A DNA stretch of 64,000 bases. It comes from Vermamoeba vermiformis (lineage: Eukaryota). The position numbers were made by a program, and so were the translations under genes. The notes under the pieces are model-generated. The model was not told the origin of the DNA. It saw nothing but the letters and a program-made list of their open reading frames with translations, and ran no database searches. This document shows positions 53,037-64,000 of this stretch, in pieces (within the stretch, counting starts at the first letter, position 1; each line of letters opens with the position of its first letter). The stretch is from the NCBI GenBank assembly GCA_045837725.1, contig JBEWZL010000184.1, positions 1 through 64,000 of the forward strand, in the 5' to 3' direction.

Positions 53037-53741
53037 ATGCAAAGCAACACCACGAAAGAAAAAATTGAGGAAGCAGAAGAGTTCTACCAACAACTCGTAG
53101 AGGAACAAAAAAAGTTCAGCAAAATATTGGCGGAAAGAGAGCGCAAACTTGCGCTGGCTCGTGCTGCGTATCTGAACAAGTTCCAGGGTGCAGGTTCATT
53201 CGAAATCTTGGATGAAGTCTTCAACTGCTTCATTGCCACAAACGAACGGAAGGGTAAACATTGGAGCTGGGATGATATAATCACAATTGAGACTGAACAC
53301 CCAAGGTACTTTACGTTCAAACACGACGAAATCAAGTATCTAGCGACAGTGGTCCGCGTCGATTCCCCAAGCAACGGAGAGTGGCTAAACATTAAACTCG
53401 TGAACAACGGGTTTGTTTATATACAAAGGAGCGGTCGCCGTGTTTTCCGCGGCCAGCTGAACGATGATTGGATTGTTCTCGATCAATCTACGAGTTATCG
53501 CTACTTCCAACATCTGCGCTCGCAAACACCAGAGTATGGCCAAGTTAAAGTCTACTACTCTGCTGCTCATAGGCTAGATATTAAGCTGTACACCAACAAT
53601 CCAAATCGACCAAATATACAGATTACATTCGAAGATGGCTACCCTTACGAAGAAGATGATGAGGTTCCCGAACCAATTTTACATCCGGGTGAAAGCCTTA
53701 CTTTGTTGTACGCAGTCACAAATGTGTCAACAAGCTTGTAG
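53037..53741 (+). CDS. Hypothetical protein (intronless; N-terminal coiled coil, beta-rich C-terminus)
   Basis: Uninterrupted ORF of ~234 aa. No motif recognised. Confidence 0.55.
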   Translation: MQSNTTKEKIEEAEEFYQQLVEEQKKFSKILAERERKLALARAAYLNKFQGAGSFEILDEVFNCFIATNERKGKHWSWDDIITIETEHPRYFTFKHDEIKYLATVVRVDSPSNGEWLNIKLVNNGFVYIQRSGRRVFRGQLNDDWIVLDQSTSYRYFQHLRSQTPEYGQVKVYYSAAHRLDIKLYTNNPNRPNIQITFEDGYPYEEDDEVPEPILHPGESLTLLYAVTNVSTSL

Positions 53742-53957
53742 GAGACGAAAAGAGCCAACTACAGTGCTTTCTTTATAAATACTCGAGGGATGACCCTATT
53801 TTATTCCTCGGTAACCTAATCTACATCCCCAATTTTCATGAAGCGGATCCAAAAATAACTCTTTTCCTATTGGTCGATCATTTTAACCAAAAATGCACTT
53901 CGAAGATTAACTTGTCTTCATTTTTAATTAACCTAGTAAGCATCCACAAGTCTCATT

Positions 53958-55122
53958 ATGGGCTCAAGTCAATCTGCTCACACTCCAGATCCCAACGCAC
54001 CTGTAGCTCGAGTGGATGTCGCTCGCTTATTGGCAGATGATCCAGACGTTAAGCCCCTCTTCTTAGAGAATATGTTACAACGTGGATTTTGCGTCCTATC
54101 GCTCGATCCACAGTCGATAGAAGCGATAAACGCTTATGTTGAAGCTGGACAGGTACGTAGCAATTCCAAAATTTTACATAAGTAAAATATGTTGTATCAA
54201 GGCATAAATTGACATAATTTCTTCATTAGAATTTTTTTAATCAAGATCAAGCAAAGAAAAGTGAGCTTCAAAAAACAGACGATATTTTGGGCAAGAAGAA
54301 CGAAGGCTATCTATTGGTCGAGGGTGTAAAAGAATTCTTAAAGGTATTTAGCGGCAAATTTAATATTTCGATCGTTGAATTCTAATTTATTTGAATAACA
54401 GCTCAAATCCGGAGATAAAGTCCCTGATCACCCAGCAGACTTGAATGAGAAGTTCAACAATGTATTTAAAGTATTCAACGCCATATCTAAACAATGTTTC
54501 ACTATTTTGGCGCAACATCAAAGCCCTCAAACAGGAAATAAGCCTTACATTTCAGAAGATCTGACCAAAACAGTTCTACAAAAAGCTGATGCACGGTAAG
54601 ATTGATACAAGTGCCTATATATCACTCGGTAACTAATCGCACTCGTAATACAGCTCATCGGTCTCATTTATTCATTATTTTGCTCGCGAACCGCCCAGTG
54701 ACCGAGCAATGGACGGCACTCTTCCGAGCCACTACGACGAGAACGGTCAAAATATTCCGAGCAAAGTGCACACTGACACGGGTGTGATGACATTTATTCT
54801 GTGCAACGATGTGCCGGGCCTGCAAGTCGAGAACAGATTGCTGGGACTGAAGGGCGATGAAGAAGAATTAGATCCGAGCACTTTTATTGACGTCGAGAAG
54901 ATCTGCAAGCCTAGACTAGAGATGTTTTGTATTATGGGACGTAAGATGGAATTGTTTGCACAACACTCTCCTCCTGCGTTCAAGGCCACCATTCATCGTG
55001 TCGTACGTACAGCAGGTCTGTCTCTACCCATAGATTCGTATTAACACTTCTATTATGATTAGGCCCTGCCTTACAAAACTGAGCGACATTCACTTCTGTA
55101 TTTTATGGACGTACCTGTCTAA
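53958..55122 (+). CDS. 2-oxoglutarate/Fe(II) oxygenase, IPNS-like (multi-exon)
   Basis: RGFCVL, HTDTGVMTFI...VPGLQV, KATIHRV and RHSLLYF. N-myristoylation-like MGSSQS. Confidence 0.85.
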
Positions 55123-55317
55123 CGTGATTACATAATCACCAACGAATTGTAAAAAAGAATGTATATAAAGGCTAATATCGCAATAATTACAGTTTTATTT
55201 TGTGTTGAGATTTCTTCTCAACAATGTATTGTGAAAATTCGAGGCTCCAAATCCTCGTTACAAGTGAGGACTTGGAATTAAATAAATTAAAGGGGAATTA
55301 ATATTATAGTAACAGGG

Positions 55318-57818
55318 TTAAATTAAGGATTGAGACCTGACACGGTGTGCAAGTCCTCCATCTGTACATCCATAGCGCTGTTCAGTCTCGCGCCATTCGC
55401 TCGGATCAATTAATCCATCGCGATTAGTGTCGGCCACTAAGAACACGGCCTTGGATAATGAGACGTCAGGTAGTGACTCCAACATCTCATTTTGATCGAT
55501 AAATCCGTCTCGATTCTTGTCGAGATCATTAAATGTCAAATTGCCAAAGATTTCATTCCAATCTTCAGTGATGAGTGCGGCAATGATGCACTCCACTACT
55601 GTTGGATCTATAAACACAACATTAGAGCCAATTTTAATAGGTGTGAGGTACTATCGTTACGTACATTCGTGGTGTGGCTTCTTCTTCTTGATAGTCGTAT
55701 TCAGGTACCGCAACAATGGGTCGTTGGTGGCCTTGGGCTCGGTGTTGTTGCGCATACTAAGAGGCCAAAGAGTCTTGTAAAGTTTATCGGCCTCGAAGGG
55801 CTTGTTGTTGATTTTGACGATATTTCCGTCTGCGTCCAGCTTGATGCCGTCATCGAATTGCAAAAATCCAAAAAATTCACCTGTCAGCTATGTTAGCCAA
55901 ACATTACACGAACTTTGAGCGACGAAATTACCTTTGCTTCGTGAGAATTTGATCGACTCGGCAATGACATGGCCTGGCAAGTCAATGGGACAGAGTTCAT
56001 CCCATCGAATCTCGTGGTGCAAATCGACCATTGTCACGCCATTAGGAAACGCTTTTTTGCCTTTGAACACACCGCCGTGCACTAAGACCGCGTCCACGTG
56101 GTTGAAGTTGCGTACTTTGGTCAATAAATAAGTAGCAAAAGTCGTGTTGATTTTCCTAAAGTGTATGGTCAGATCTGCTATCAATGATGAAATTGATGCT
56201 TGCACTTACTTAGGATCCAATGAAGACAGTGGCTTCTTGCGCAAGAACTTGTTCTTAACAAAGTTCAATATTTGTTTGCCTGTGCTAATGATTTGTTCAA
56301 CTGCTGGGTCCGTGTCCATATTCGGATCTGTAATTTCAAACATTTCTACGTTCATCGAAATATTCTTAGGATCTTCGTTGTCGATTTGTATAGTGGTCAC
56401 ACCAACCTATTAATACCGTACGTTAGTGTCTCAAATTTGAATTTCAAAACGAAGAAAATTCATCTAAACTTACGTGAGTGCAATTACAACCGACTTTGAC
56501 GATCCAGCAGTCACGGCCAACCCTGTTAATATTCTTCTCGATGAAAGGTACGTGATCATGACCACCAAGAATAACATCAACGTCCTCATGCATGGCCATG
56601 TTTCGATCGAGCGGAAAGTCCTGATGCGTTAATGCAATAACAACATCGGCCTTCTTCTCATTACGCATGAATTCAATGTGCCTTCGGGCCACTTTAGCGA
56701 CAGGTTCGATTGTAATATCATAAGGAACGTTAATACAGAGCCTCTTTGTCTTCTCAGTGCAGAATCCAAGCCAACCAATCTAATCGTGGCAAAATTAACA
56801 TCAATTGATATAAAAATCATCTACAAATTATGTAACATGTTCATTTCGCATTTATCGCGTTCACTCTACGTTTTGAATCCATTACTTGAACGCGATCGAA
56901 AGGATTACAGAAAATAAAAGGGGTGCATAAAATCGATTGCTTACCTTGTACTTATTCGGTCCTACTTCAGTAACTTCATAGGGAATAGTTCCTTCCAGCC
57001 TAAATTAATGTCCAGTCAGTACTGAAGCACGCGTTTTGCGAGATCTCGCGTGCTACGACCATACAACCCTCAAAAACGATCATAAATAGTTTAGAATTAA
57101 AATAATAGGCGTTATTGATCTAAACTTACGTGTTTATGTTCGTATTAATCCACTTGAACTTGGATTGCTTGATTCGCTGTAACATGTTGCTTACAGATAA
57201 ATCGAATTCATGATTTCCGACACCAACATAATCAAATCCAACCTATTTAATTATTAGTATTAAGTAATGCGATTAAGCCGCAATTTTTGAGAAATTGAGC
57301 AGATCAGTTTGAAAGAGAATAATCCCTGGCTCTATTATTGTGTAATACAATCACCCTTATGTACATAAGCCATACTGGGTAATAATTTTTCAATCGATAA
57401 TAATTTTCGTTTCGAAATTCTTCCCACAAAAAAACCGATCGAGCAAACAAATTGAAAACTTCTATGCCAAGAGATTTACACTGATAAAATTATTCGCATA
57501 ATTACATTAAATAAATATTTAACAAATGAGAAGGGAAATTATCAAATGTTGTCAAAATACCTGATTCATTATGTCGATTTTCGTTTTTCCTTTATCGATA
57601 GACGAGAGGAGTGAAGGGCTAAGGAAATCTCCATTGAGAGTGACGTAGTGGGCATCAGGTTGAAGGTCTTTGACTCTGTTTTTAATAAAAGCCGCTAATC
57701 TGCCAAAGTGATCTATCGCGTAGATGTCATTCACGGAGAACAACATCACCGTAGTATAAGCGGGCTTGTTATTATTAGCGCCGGCTGGTGCGCTGGTATT
57801 ATTTTGCTTTTCTGCCAT
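55318..57818 (-). CDS. 5'-nucleotidase/apyrase family metallophosphoesterase with C-terminal EF-hands (multi-exon; 3' end uncertain)
   Basis: SVNDIY, GDFLSPSLLS, VGNHEFD, WINTN, IALTHQ and ILGGHDH. EF-hands DKNRDGFIDQNE and DTNRDGLIDPSE. Confidence 0.85.
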
Positions 57819-58176
57819 TTTGATCTCGTTAATTTACGGCAGCGGTTGGACTTTGAGATGTAGAGAGCGCTGGTTATAACTTAGTACATCTGCAATAATA
57901 AAGACTAGCTGGTTTCTCTTGTGGTTGACAAATACAGTAGAAAGAGAACAAAAACATGGTCTCCAGGTCTGCTGAAAAGACAAAATTTCATGAACAGAAA
58001 CACGAAAACTACCAAACGTCATGAAATCCTGGCTGGAATTGTCGACGATTAACGCATAAAGCTTGACTCAAAATTGAACTAAAACTAAAAGACAAATAAC
58101 CTTTATTGGTCGTGCAGATCTGATCAACAACATCTGTTTCTCTGTTGTTCATCAGACGGTAACAAATGCGAATCGT

Positions 58177-60337
58177 TTACTGGATCTCGTCGTAACCTCT
58201 CTTACGTCTCATGTAAGCCCAGGCAATGAAACCAATGACGGCAGACAAGACAACAAGAGCACCCATAACAATGAGGACGATCATTTCAGGGGACAAACCA
58301 GAGCTAGCAGCTGTTAGGATAGAATATTAGTACTTTGCATGAAAGCATTCACTTTAAGCGTACTTTGGCTGCAGTCAATGGCAGTGAATCCTTCAGCGCA
58401 CTTGCAAGTACCCATATCCTGGCCGGAAGTGTTGCAAGTTCCGTGATCGCCACCGCAGTTGTTGGGGCAAACAGCTAATTAAATCAAATTAACGAATGCT
58501 GCTTACTATGACAACAGAATCATCAACTTACATCCGTGCCAGATGCCAAAATCGTACTTTTCAGAGGTGTTGGCAGCGGCAATGACACCAATGTACCAGT
58601 CACCAGCAGAGCCGCTGAGCACTTCCAAGTCGATTTGGTTGACAGCGCAGTACTCAGTAGAGCAGCCAACATAGTCGTAATTGTTCTCGTCAGGAAGGTT
58701 ACCCCATCGGACGTAGACGCGAGGAGTGGGAGCGGTGGTCATCGAAGCGACGGAGAAAGAGAGACGAGTCTTGTTGAACAAATCGACCTTGAGCTTGTAG
58801 TAGGTCATATCTGGACCAGCAGTACCGCTGACCAATTGACCAGTGGCAGGGGCCAATTCAACAACTGAAGTAGTGCAGTCGGGGCCAGCAACGTTGGCGC
58901 TAGCATTGCAAACTAGTGAAAATATTAGGTACACGCGCTAAAGAGTGTTTGTCGTAATTCTTACCCTTGATGGAAGAAATGAGATCGAAGTCAGTCTCGT
59001 TCGTTTTTCCGTCCAACAGAGCAGCAATCAAGTAGTCACCAGGAACAGGGTTTTTAAGAACTAACTCGCCATTGGCAGAGTTGGCGTCGTTCCAAGCGTA
59101 TTCAGCAGGGTTAGTGAAAGGATAGCCTTCACGACGCAAGTGGAGAGCGACATTGGGGTTAGTCTTGAAGGTAATGGAACCGTACAAAACGTTGTTGATC
59201 GAAGCAGAGAAACTGTCCAAGCCAGCAGCACCACCGAGGGTGAATGACACGTTGCCGGGCAAAGGAGCAGCGACAGGGGTCATCGAGCAAGCGAAGTCAC
59301 CAGACTTGCCGGCGCAAACAGTAGCGGTCAACTTGAAGTCCAGAGAGTGAGAGAAGTTGCCAGTGGGAGGCTTGACAAAAGCAACACCAACAACGTATCT
59401 GCCAGAGGCCAAGAAGCCGTGAGCGTTGACAGCAGAGAGGATCATAGCGGGCTTGGGAGGCTCAACAGGAGCAGCAACAGGGGCAGCCTTGGGAGCCTCG
59501 ACAGGAGCAGCAACGGGGGCAGCCTTGGGGGCCTCGACGGGAGCAGCAACGGGAGCAGCCTTGGGAGCCTCAACAGGAGCAGCAACGGGGGCAGCCTTGG
59601 GAGCCTCAACAGGAGTCTCGACAGGAGCGCTGACAGGCATGCTTACAGGGACTGTCTCGACGGGGGCAATTTCTTGGTAGTAAGTGCAAGAGTCTTCGTT
59701 CCAACGAGCGGGGTTAGCAAGCTGCGAGTAGCGTTAGGAACGGAGTTCAGTCCAGTTCAACGAGAAATAAATACTAGTATGATAATTATCAAAGGAATTA
59801 CTTACACCTAATTTGGCTTGAATGCAGATCTTGAGACCGTAATCATTGATGGCAGTGTTGTTGGGCACGACGATCACAAGTTGTGAAGCCAAATCCGGGA
59901 GATTGAAATCGCTTCCGCATTGCCAGTTGTCGTTAGAAACGACGGCAGTGCAGTTGAATCCCCAAGGAGCTGTTAATAATAGATCAGAAATCCGAGATTA
60001 GGATGCAGTTTTTTTGTGATAGAATTAATAATTTAATAATATTGTTTCGCAATATATTGCTTATTTACTGTGCCATAAGAAAATTAAGTGATTTTAAATA
60101 TAAAGGAATAAAATGCCAAAAATAATTCGATCTGACACAAATATCCTATGATGAATCATTATGATTGACGCATCAAGTTAATAAATGTCCAAAACATATT
60201 ATCATTTTACGAGCACAATTATTAAGCGAATCTTTCTATTGAATCTAATAACGGCAAAAACGTTGATGCCTACCAGTAGCAGCAATTGCAGCGCTAAACA
60301 AAGCAGCAAAGATAAGGAGTACTGCTTGATTCTTCAT
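58177..60337 (-). CDS. Type I membrane protein with beta-sandwich domains, EGF-like domain and Pro/Ala repeat (multi-exon)
   Basis: Signal peptide; YVRWGNLPDENNYDY...GDWYIGV; EGF-like CPNNCGGDHGTC...CKCAEGFTAIDC; TM segment; tail RGYDEIQ*. Confidence 0.75.
59455..59627 (-). repeat. Coding 36-bp tandem repeat (APVAAPVEAPKA, ~4.5 copies)
   Basis: Repeated ggagcagcaac(g/a)gg(g/a)gcagccttggg(a/g)gcctc units with synonymous variation. Confidence 0.9.
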
Positions 60338-60541
60338 GGTTCAATTGGCTTCAAACAAATACGAATGAAAAAACAGAAAACCGAAATTTTAAGAAAACGC
60401 GTAAAAGTTCTGTGGACAATTCGGATCCCAGATCTGGGAGTACTTTACAATAAATACTTCGGTCTTAAAGCAACTTAACAGATTATACATGTCTTTTCTC
60501 TTACAACCTTGACAGATGCGGCCTCTCACATGTAAGGTGCA

Positions 60542-62225
60542 TCAATCCCGATTGTATTTCTGAATGAGAGCGATGATGTCGCGATAAAAATCATTGTACG
60601 CTTCAATGCACCAACCTGCAATAATATTAGTAAGCTGTTTCACGCAAAAGACTGACACATACAGAAGTCCAAGTGCGCGTAGTTCTTCAACTGCTTCGCG
60701 TAGACTGGAGGGTTGGACAAGATCTTAATCAGATTGCGCACGTCAATCGGGTCCGCTAGCAGATCTTTGTCGCCATATACGAGTGCAAGAGGCAGGCTGC
60801 TCGGAATAACGTCGAGTTTGTAGACTGGCGGCGAGGTAGCATTGTACACTTTGAGATTGCCAGCAATGCCGTAGTCGTACATGGCAAACTGGCCGCGTCG
60901 CACAAGTTGTGCCCAGTGAATGACGTTCTAATAGACGGACTGTGAGTCACCGACACGAATAAGAACTGTGACCAATGTTACCTTGACACTCGTGCCACCA
61001 GGCTCGTGTGTGCTCACAACAGGCATGCGGCTGTCATTGAACGCGTTCTGGTGTTGACCACAGATCAGCTCAACAATGTTCGCGCAGATCTGGGGCTCTA
61101 GAAGAACAGAGTTAAGATTGGAATGAAGCAGATGACATAATCGATCACGTACCCAAGTAGCAGAAATAGGACTCAATTATCCTGCCTAGATACGAGTCGG
61201 TAGGAATACCAAATCTTTCTGCGCCGAGATACTGAATCAACAAGTCAACGTCCCAGTCAGCGAGGAACCTCAAGAATTTGTTCTCAATGTTTTGCACCGA
61301 AGCCACAGGACCCAAGCCTGGCCGATGCAGTATTAGCTGTGCATGCATTAAGGGGCCCAAGGGGCATATTACGTACCAACAAAGAGATTCAACTTCGATG
61401 CGTAGTGCGGGTGCAAATTGAACGCAGCAAATGTCATCGTTGTGCCTTGGCTAAAAGTCATTGTGAGCTTTTGCTAGTGTTGATTAGGCTCAACATACCT
61501 GTGTCCAATGTACGAGAGAGTTTTATAGCCAGTAGTGTCCAAGACGTAGTCTACTGTTTGAGGCAAATCGTAACGCGCAAACTCGTCAAATGAAAAGTCC
61601 CAGAACTGCGGAGAGGTAGGAGGAATGCTAACATGATTGGTCGAATAAATATTTCCGCGAACATTGCCCATCCAGACGTCAAATCTAAGCAGCATTTAGG
61701 CATCAAAAACACAGATAGATCTTATTTTCTTCATACCCTTGATCGGCAAGAATATAGGCCAAACTCTCATGTGGCATATTAATAATCCAAGTTATACTAT
61801 TGTCCATTAAGCCGTGGAACAGCAGCACAGGGCGGCCAATTTTCTGTGAGTCTAAGATCCAACAATTAATCAATTGATAAGCCATTAATAAGATGTTAAT
61901 TACGTACTTCTTCCATGCGGAATGCGAAATGTTCCTAAAATATAGCCGTCTGTAGTAATAACTTCGTGATACTCGCACGGGTAACCTGACACATGACGAA
62001 AATTCAAAATTAATTTCGAATTTGCTTATAAATGCAATGATTTGCGTATTCGATGGCATAGTAAATGTATTGACAAGTACCTTTACTGGTAATTATTTCA
62101 GTAAAATTGCGCCAAGTGTCCGGGTCCATCTCTCTGTCGAATTCATTTGCTCGTTGCACTTGGTTAGCGTATATGAATGATACAAAAATGCATAGTAAAA
62201 TAAATATTAGCGGGTGTTCTCTCAT
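60542..62225 (-). CDS. Lysosomal acid / gastric-type triacylglycerol lipase (multi-exon)
   Basis: [40 protein letters not shown]...YDLP, GHSQG, GDKDLLAD and YAHLDF. Confidence 0.93.
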
Positions 62226-62324
62226 TTGGTTTTGCCTGTGTGCTGCCACGGAAGATCCACAAAATTGAAAATAAACCTTTCCCTGCAGGAATTCTATTTT
62301 ATTCACTTTTTTAAATACACAACC

Positions 62325-63300
62325 ATGGGTAACAAGCAAACTGCTGAAGAAAAGGCTGACGTTGAAGGCACTTTGACCAAGTGGCGCAAGAAGTACAAGG
62401 TTCCCGATGCAGCTTGGGAAGCTTTGAGGTAAATTGCTCTATGTTCAATTAATTGATGTATTAGAAAAATATTTGTGCATAACTTCCCGTCGTGGTAATA
62501 TTTGCTAAGACCATTTTTCAATTACGGTGTGGATTTTAAATATATCCTTAAAATTGAAATTTTCTGTGTGATATCATATTTGAGAGTAAATAATTGTAAA
62601 ATTTAGTATTCTATAATATTTCCTTAATACTTGAGGCTCAGTTTCAAATTCTTTGTTTTATTTCGAGATTCGCTTCTGGGACGCTAACATTTTGTGTTTT
62701 AGGTCCAACTTCAATAAAATGGCTGGTCCTAGCAAGGATAGAGCTAGCTTGGATGCAGTTCAAAAGTGGTTCAGCAACGCTTTGGGCGCTCAAACCGCGA
62801 AACAGCTTGCCCGCGCAATTGACACAGACAAGAGTGGATACGTCGATGTTTTGGAGTACATGCAATTCTGGTGCGTGCAAATTGGTGGTACTAACAACGA
62901 AAAAATTACTACTTTCTTCAACTTGTTGGATGCTGACGGTAAGTACACAAGCTCGATCAGACCGGAATTGAAATTCGTTGTGTAACTTACCTACACCGAA
63001 ATTCGTTTATATTGATACTTATTATTCTTTTCAGGCAACGGTAAATTGGCAAAGGACGAAATGACCGACTTTTTGATCCTCGGTAACAAATTGGCTGCTG
63101 AAGCTGCAGGCACACCTGTTGACCCTTCAGTGCCCCAATTGATGCGCGATGTTGTCGAGAAGGTCTTCAAGGACATTGACATCGATAACGACGGTGCTTT
63201 GACTTTGGACGAAGTGCTCAAGGCTTGCGCCAAGTACCCCGACTACGAGAGCTTCTTCACTCAATTCGCCAGCGGTGTTGCAGGCAAGTTCTCTAAATAA
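62325..63300 (+). CDS. Myristoylated EF-hand calcium sensor (NCS / calcineurin-B-like; 3 exons)
   Basis: MGNKQT start. EF-hands DTDKSGYVDVLE, DADGNGKLAKDE and DIDNDGALTLDE. Confidence 0.85.
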
Positions 63301-63408
63301 GAAAATATTATTACACAAGTCGTCGAATGAGCTGTGTTTTAGTAGCACAGGTCGCTTTATAATATTTGTATTAATGCTAAAGTAAAAAAAAGAATCAAGT
63401 CGAAACCT

Positions 63409-64000
63409 TTATTGTAATATCAGCAAATTATACAAAAAGTCTTCTACGAGCTCTTCGTAAGCATACAAATCTAGCTCTTTTTGTATTTGAACGAGTTGTT
63501 GCAACTTTTCGCGAGTTGAGAAGTTGACGATAAAATCGAACTGTTTGTCGTTCAGCACGTAAGATGGAGTAGCGAGACGAAGGATCAAATACCGTATTTC
63601 AGGTGGGATGGCAGCAAATAGACCCATGTCTCGCGCAGTAAACAGTTGCAAAGTCTGCAGAGTATGTACTGCCCAGTAGCGTTGCATGGTGGTTCGAGCC
63701 TTTACTTTCTCCGCCAATAACTCACAGGCTGGAGTGATCGCACTCGGCTCTTCATAGCCAAATGACATTGCACCAAGCCACTGCGGAGATAAATTGACCA
63801 TTTCGATTGCTCTGTTAAGTCGAGTGAGGTTAAATGGAGCGAATTGAAGGCGCATTAATTTCTTTTCTGCGAATAGGGGATGCAGTACCACGTTCATGCG
63901 CAACCTCCGCAAGCTAGTGTTAGATTTAATCGCTTCATAAAGCTCTTTTTCTTCCACTGCCCATCGCATAGGCATAGAAATGTTTTGTATGATATTCTTC
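63409..64000 (-). CDS. C-terminal part of a hypothetical protein, possibly RNI-like LRR (runs off window)
   Basis: Open frame with EAIKSNTSLRRLRM and FAAIPPEIRYLILRL. Confidence 0.5.
   Translation of the reverse strand, partial: KNIIQNISMPMRWAVEEKELYEAIKSNTSLRRLRMNVVLHPLFAEKKLMRLQFAPFNLTRLNRAIEMVNLSPQWLGAMSFGYEEPSAITPACELLAEKVKARTTMQRYWAVHTLQTLQLFTARDMGLFAAIPPEIRYLILRLATPSYVLNDKQFDFIVNFSTREKLQQLVQIQKELDLYAYEELVEDFLYNLLILQ

Noticed and set aside
59455-59627. CRISPR-like 36-bp repeats
   Set aside because: There are no spacers. It is an in-frame coding repeat with synonymous variation in a eukaryotic gene.
62543-62630. Second U12-like signal pair (ATATCCTT...TTCCTTAAT) in the EF-hand gene
   Set aside because: Both signals lie inside an ordinary GT-AG intron that already gives a sensible protein.

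Overview
Gene-dense, intron-rich eukaryotic DNA with short GT-AG introns and AT-rich spacers. It is most consistent with a free-living amoebozoan-like protist (AprA-like and LmpB-like genes); the organism call is inference. I can support about 30 spliced or intronless CDS, with approximate exon boundaries reconstructed by eye: makorin-like, AprA/PqaA-like, CD36/LIMP-II, BtpA/SgcQ, 3R-Myb, an atypical SDR (3' half only), WH2-CDC123-like ATP-grasp, F-box/ankyrin, Hrq1 helicase, BTB-ankyrin, BRCT-IPT-DUF4062-NACHT-TPR, M48/Oma1, EF-hand proteins, stathmin-like, ArfGAP-UIM, APH kinase, a dynamin-like GTPase with a partial duplicate, RtcA, 2OG-Fe(II) oxygenase, 5'-nucleotidase, an EGF membrane protein and acid lipase. 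Five signals stand out. (1) An unexplained, densely hairpinned ~390-nt non-coding element (minus strand, 212-600) with a cUUCGg loop, two identical CUCAAC loops, a repeated 13-mer and a T5 end. (2) A probable U12-type minor intron. (3) Two 5'-less gene halves joined back-to-back at ~18.75 kb. (4) A possible ADP-ribosyltransferase-like orphan. (5) A STAND/NLR-like protein with a polyproline-WH2-like tail. No rRNA, tRNA, CRISPR array or transposase was recognised.
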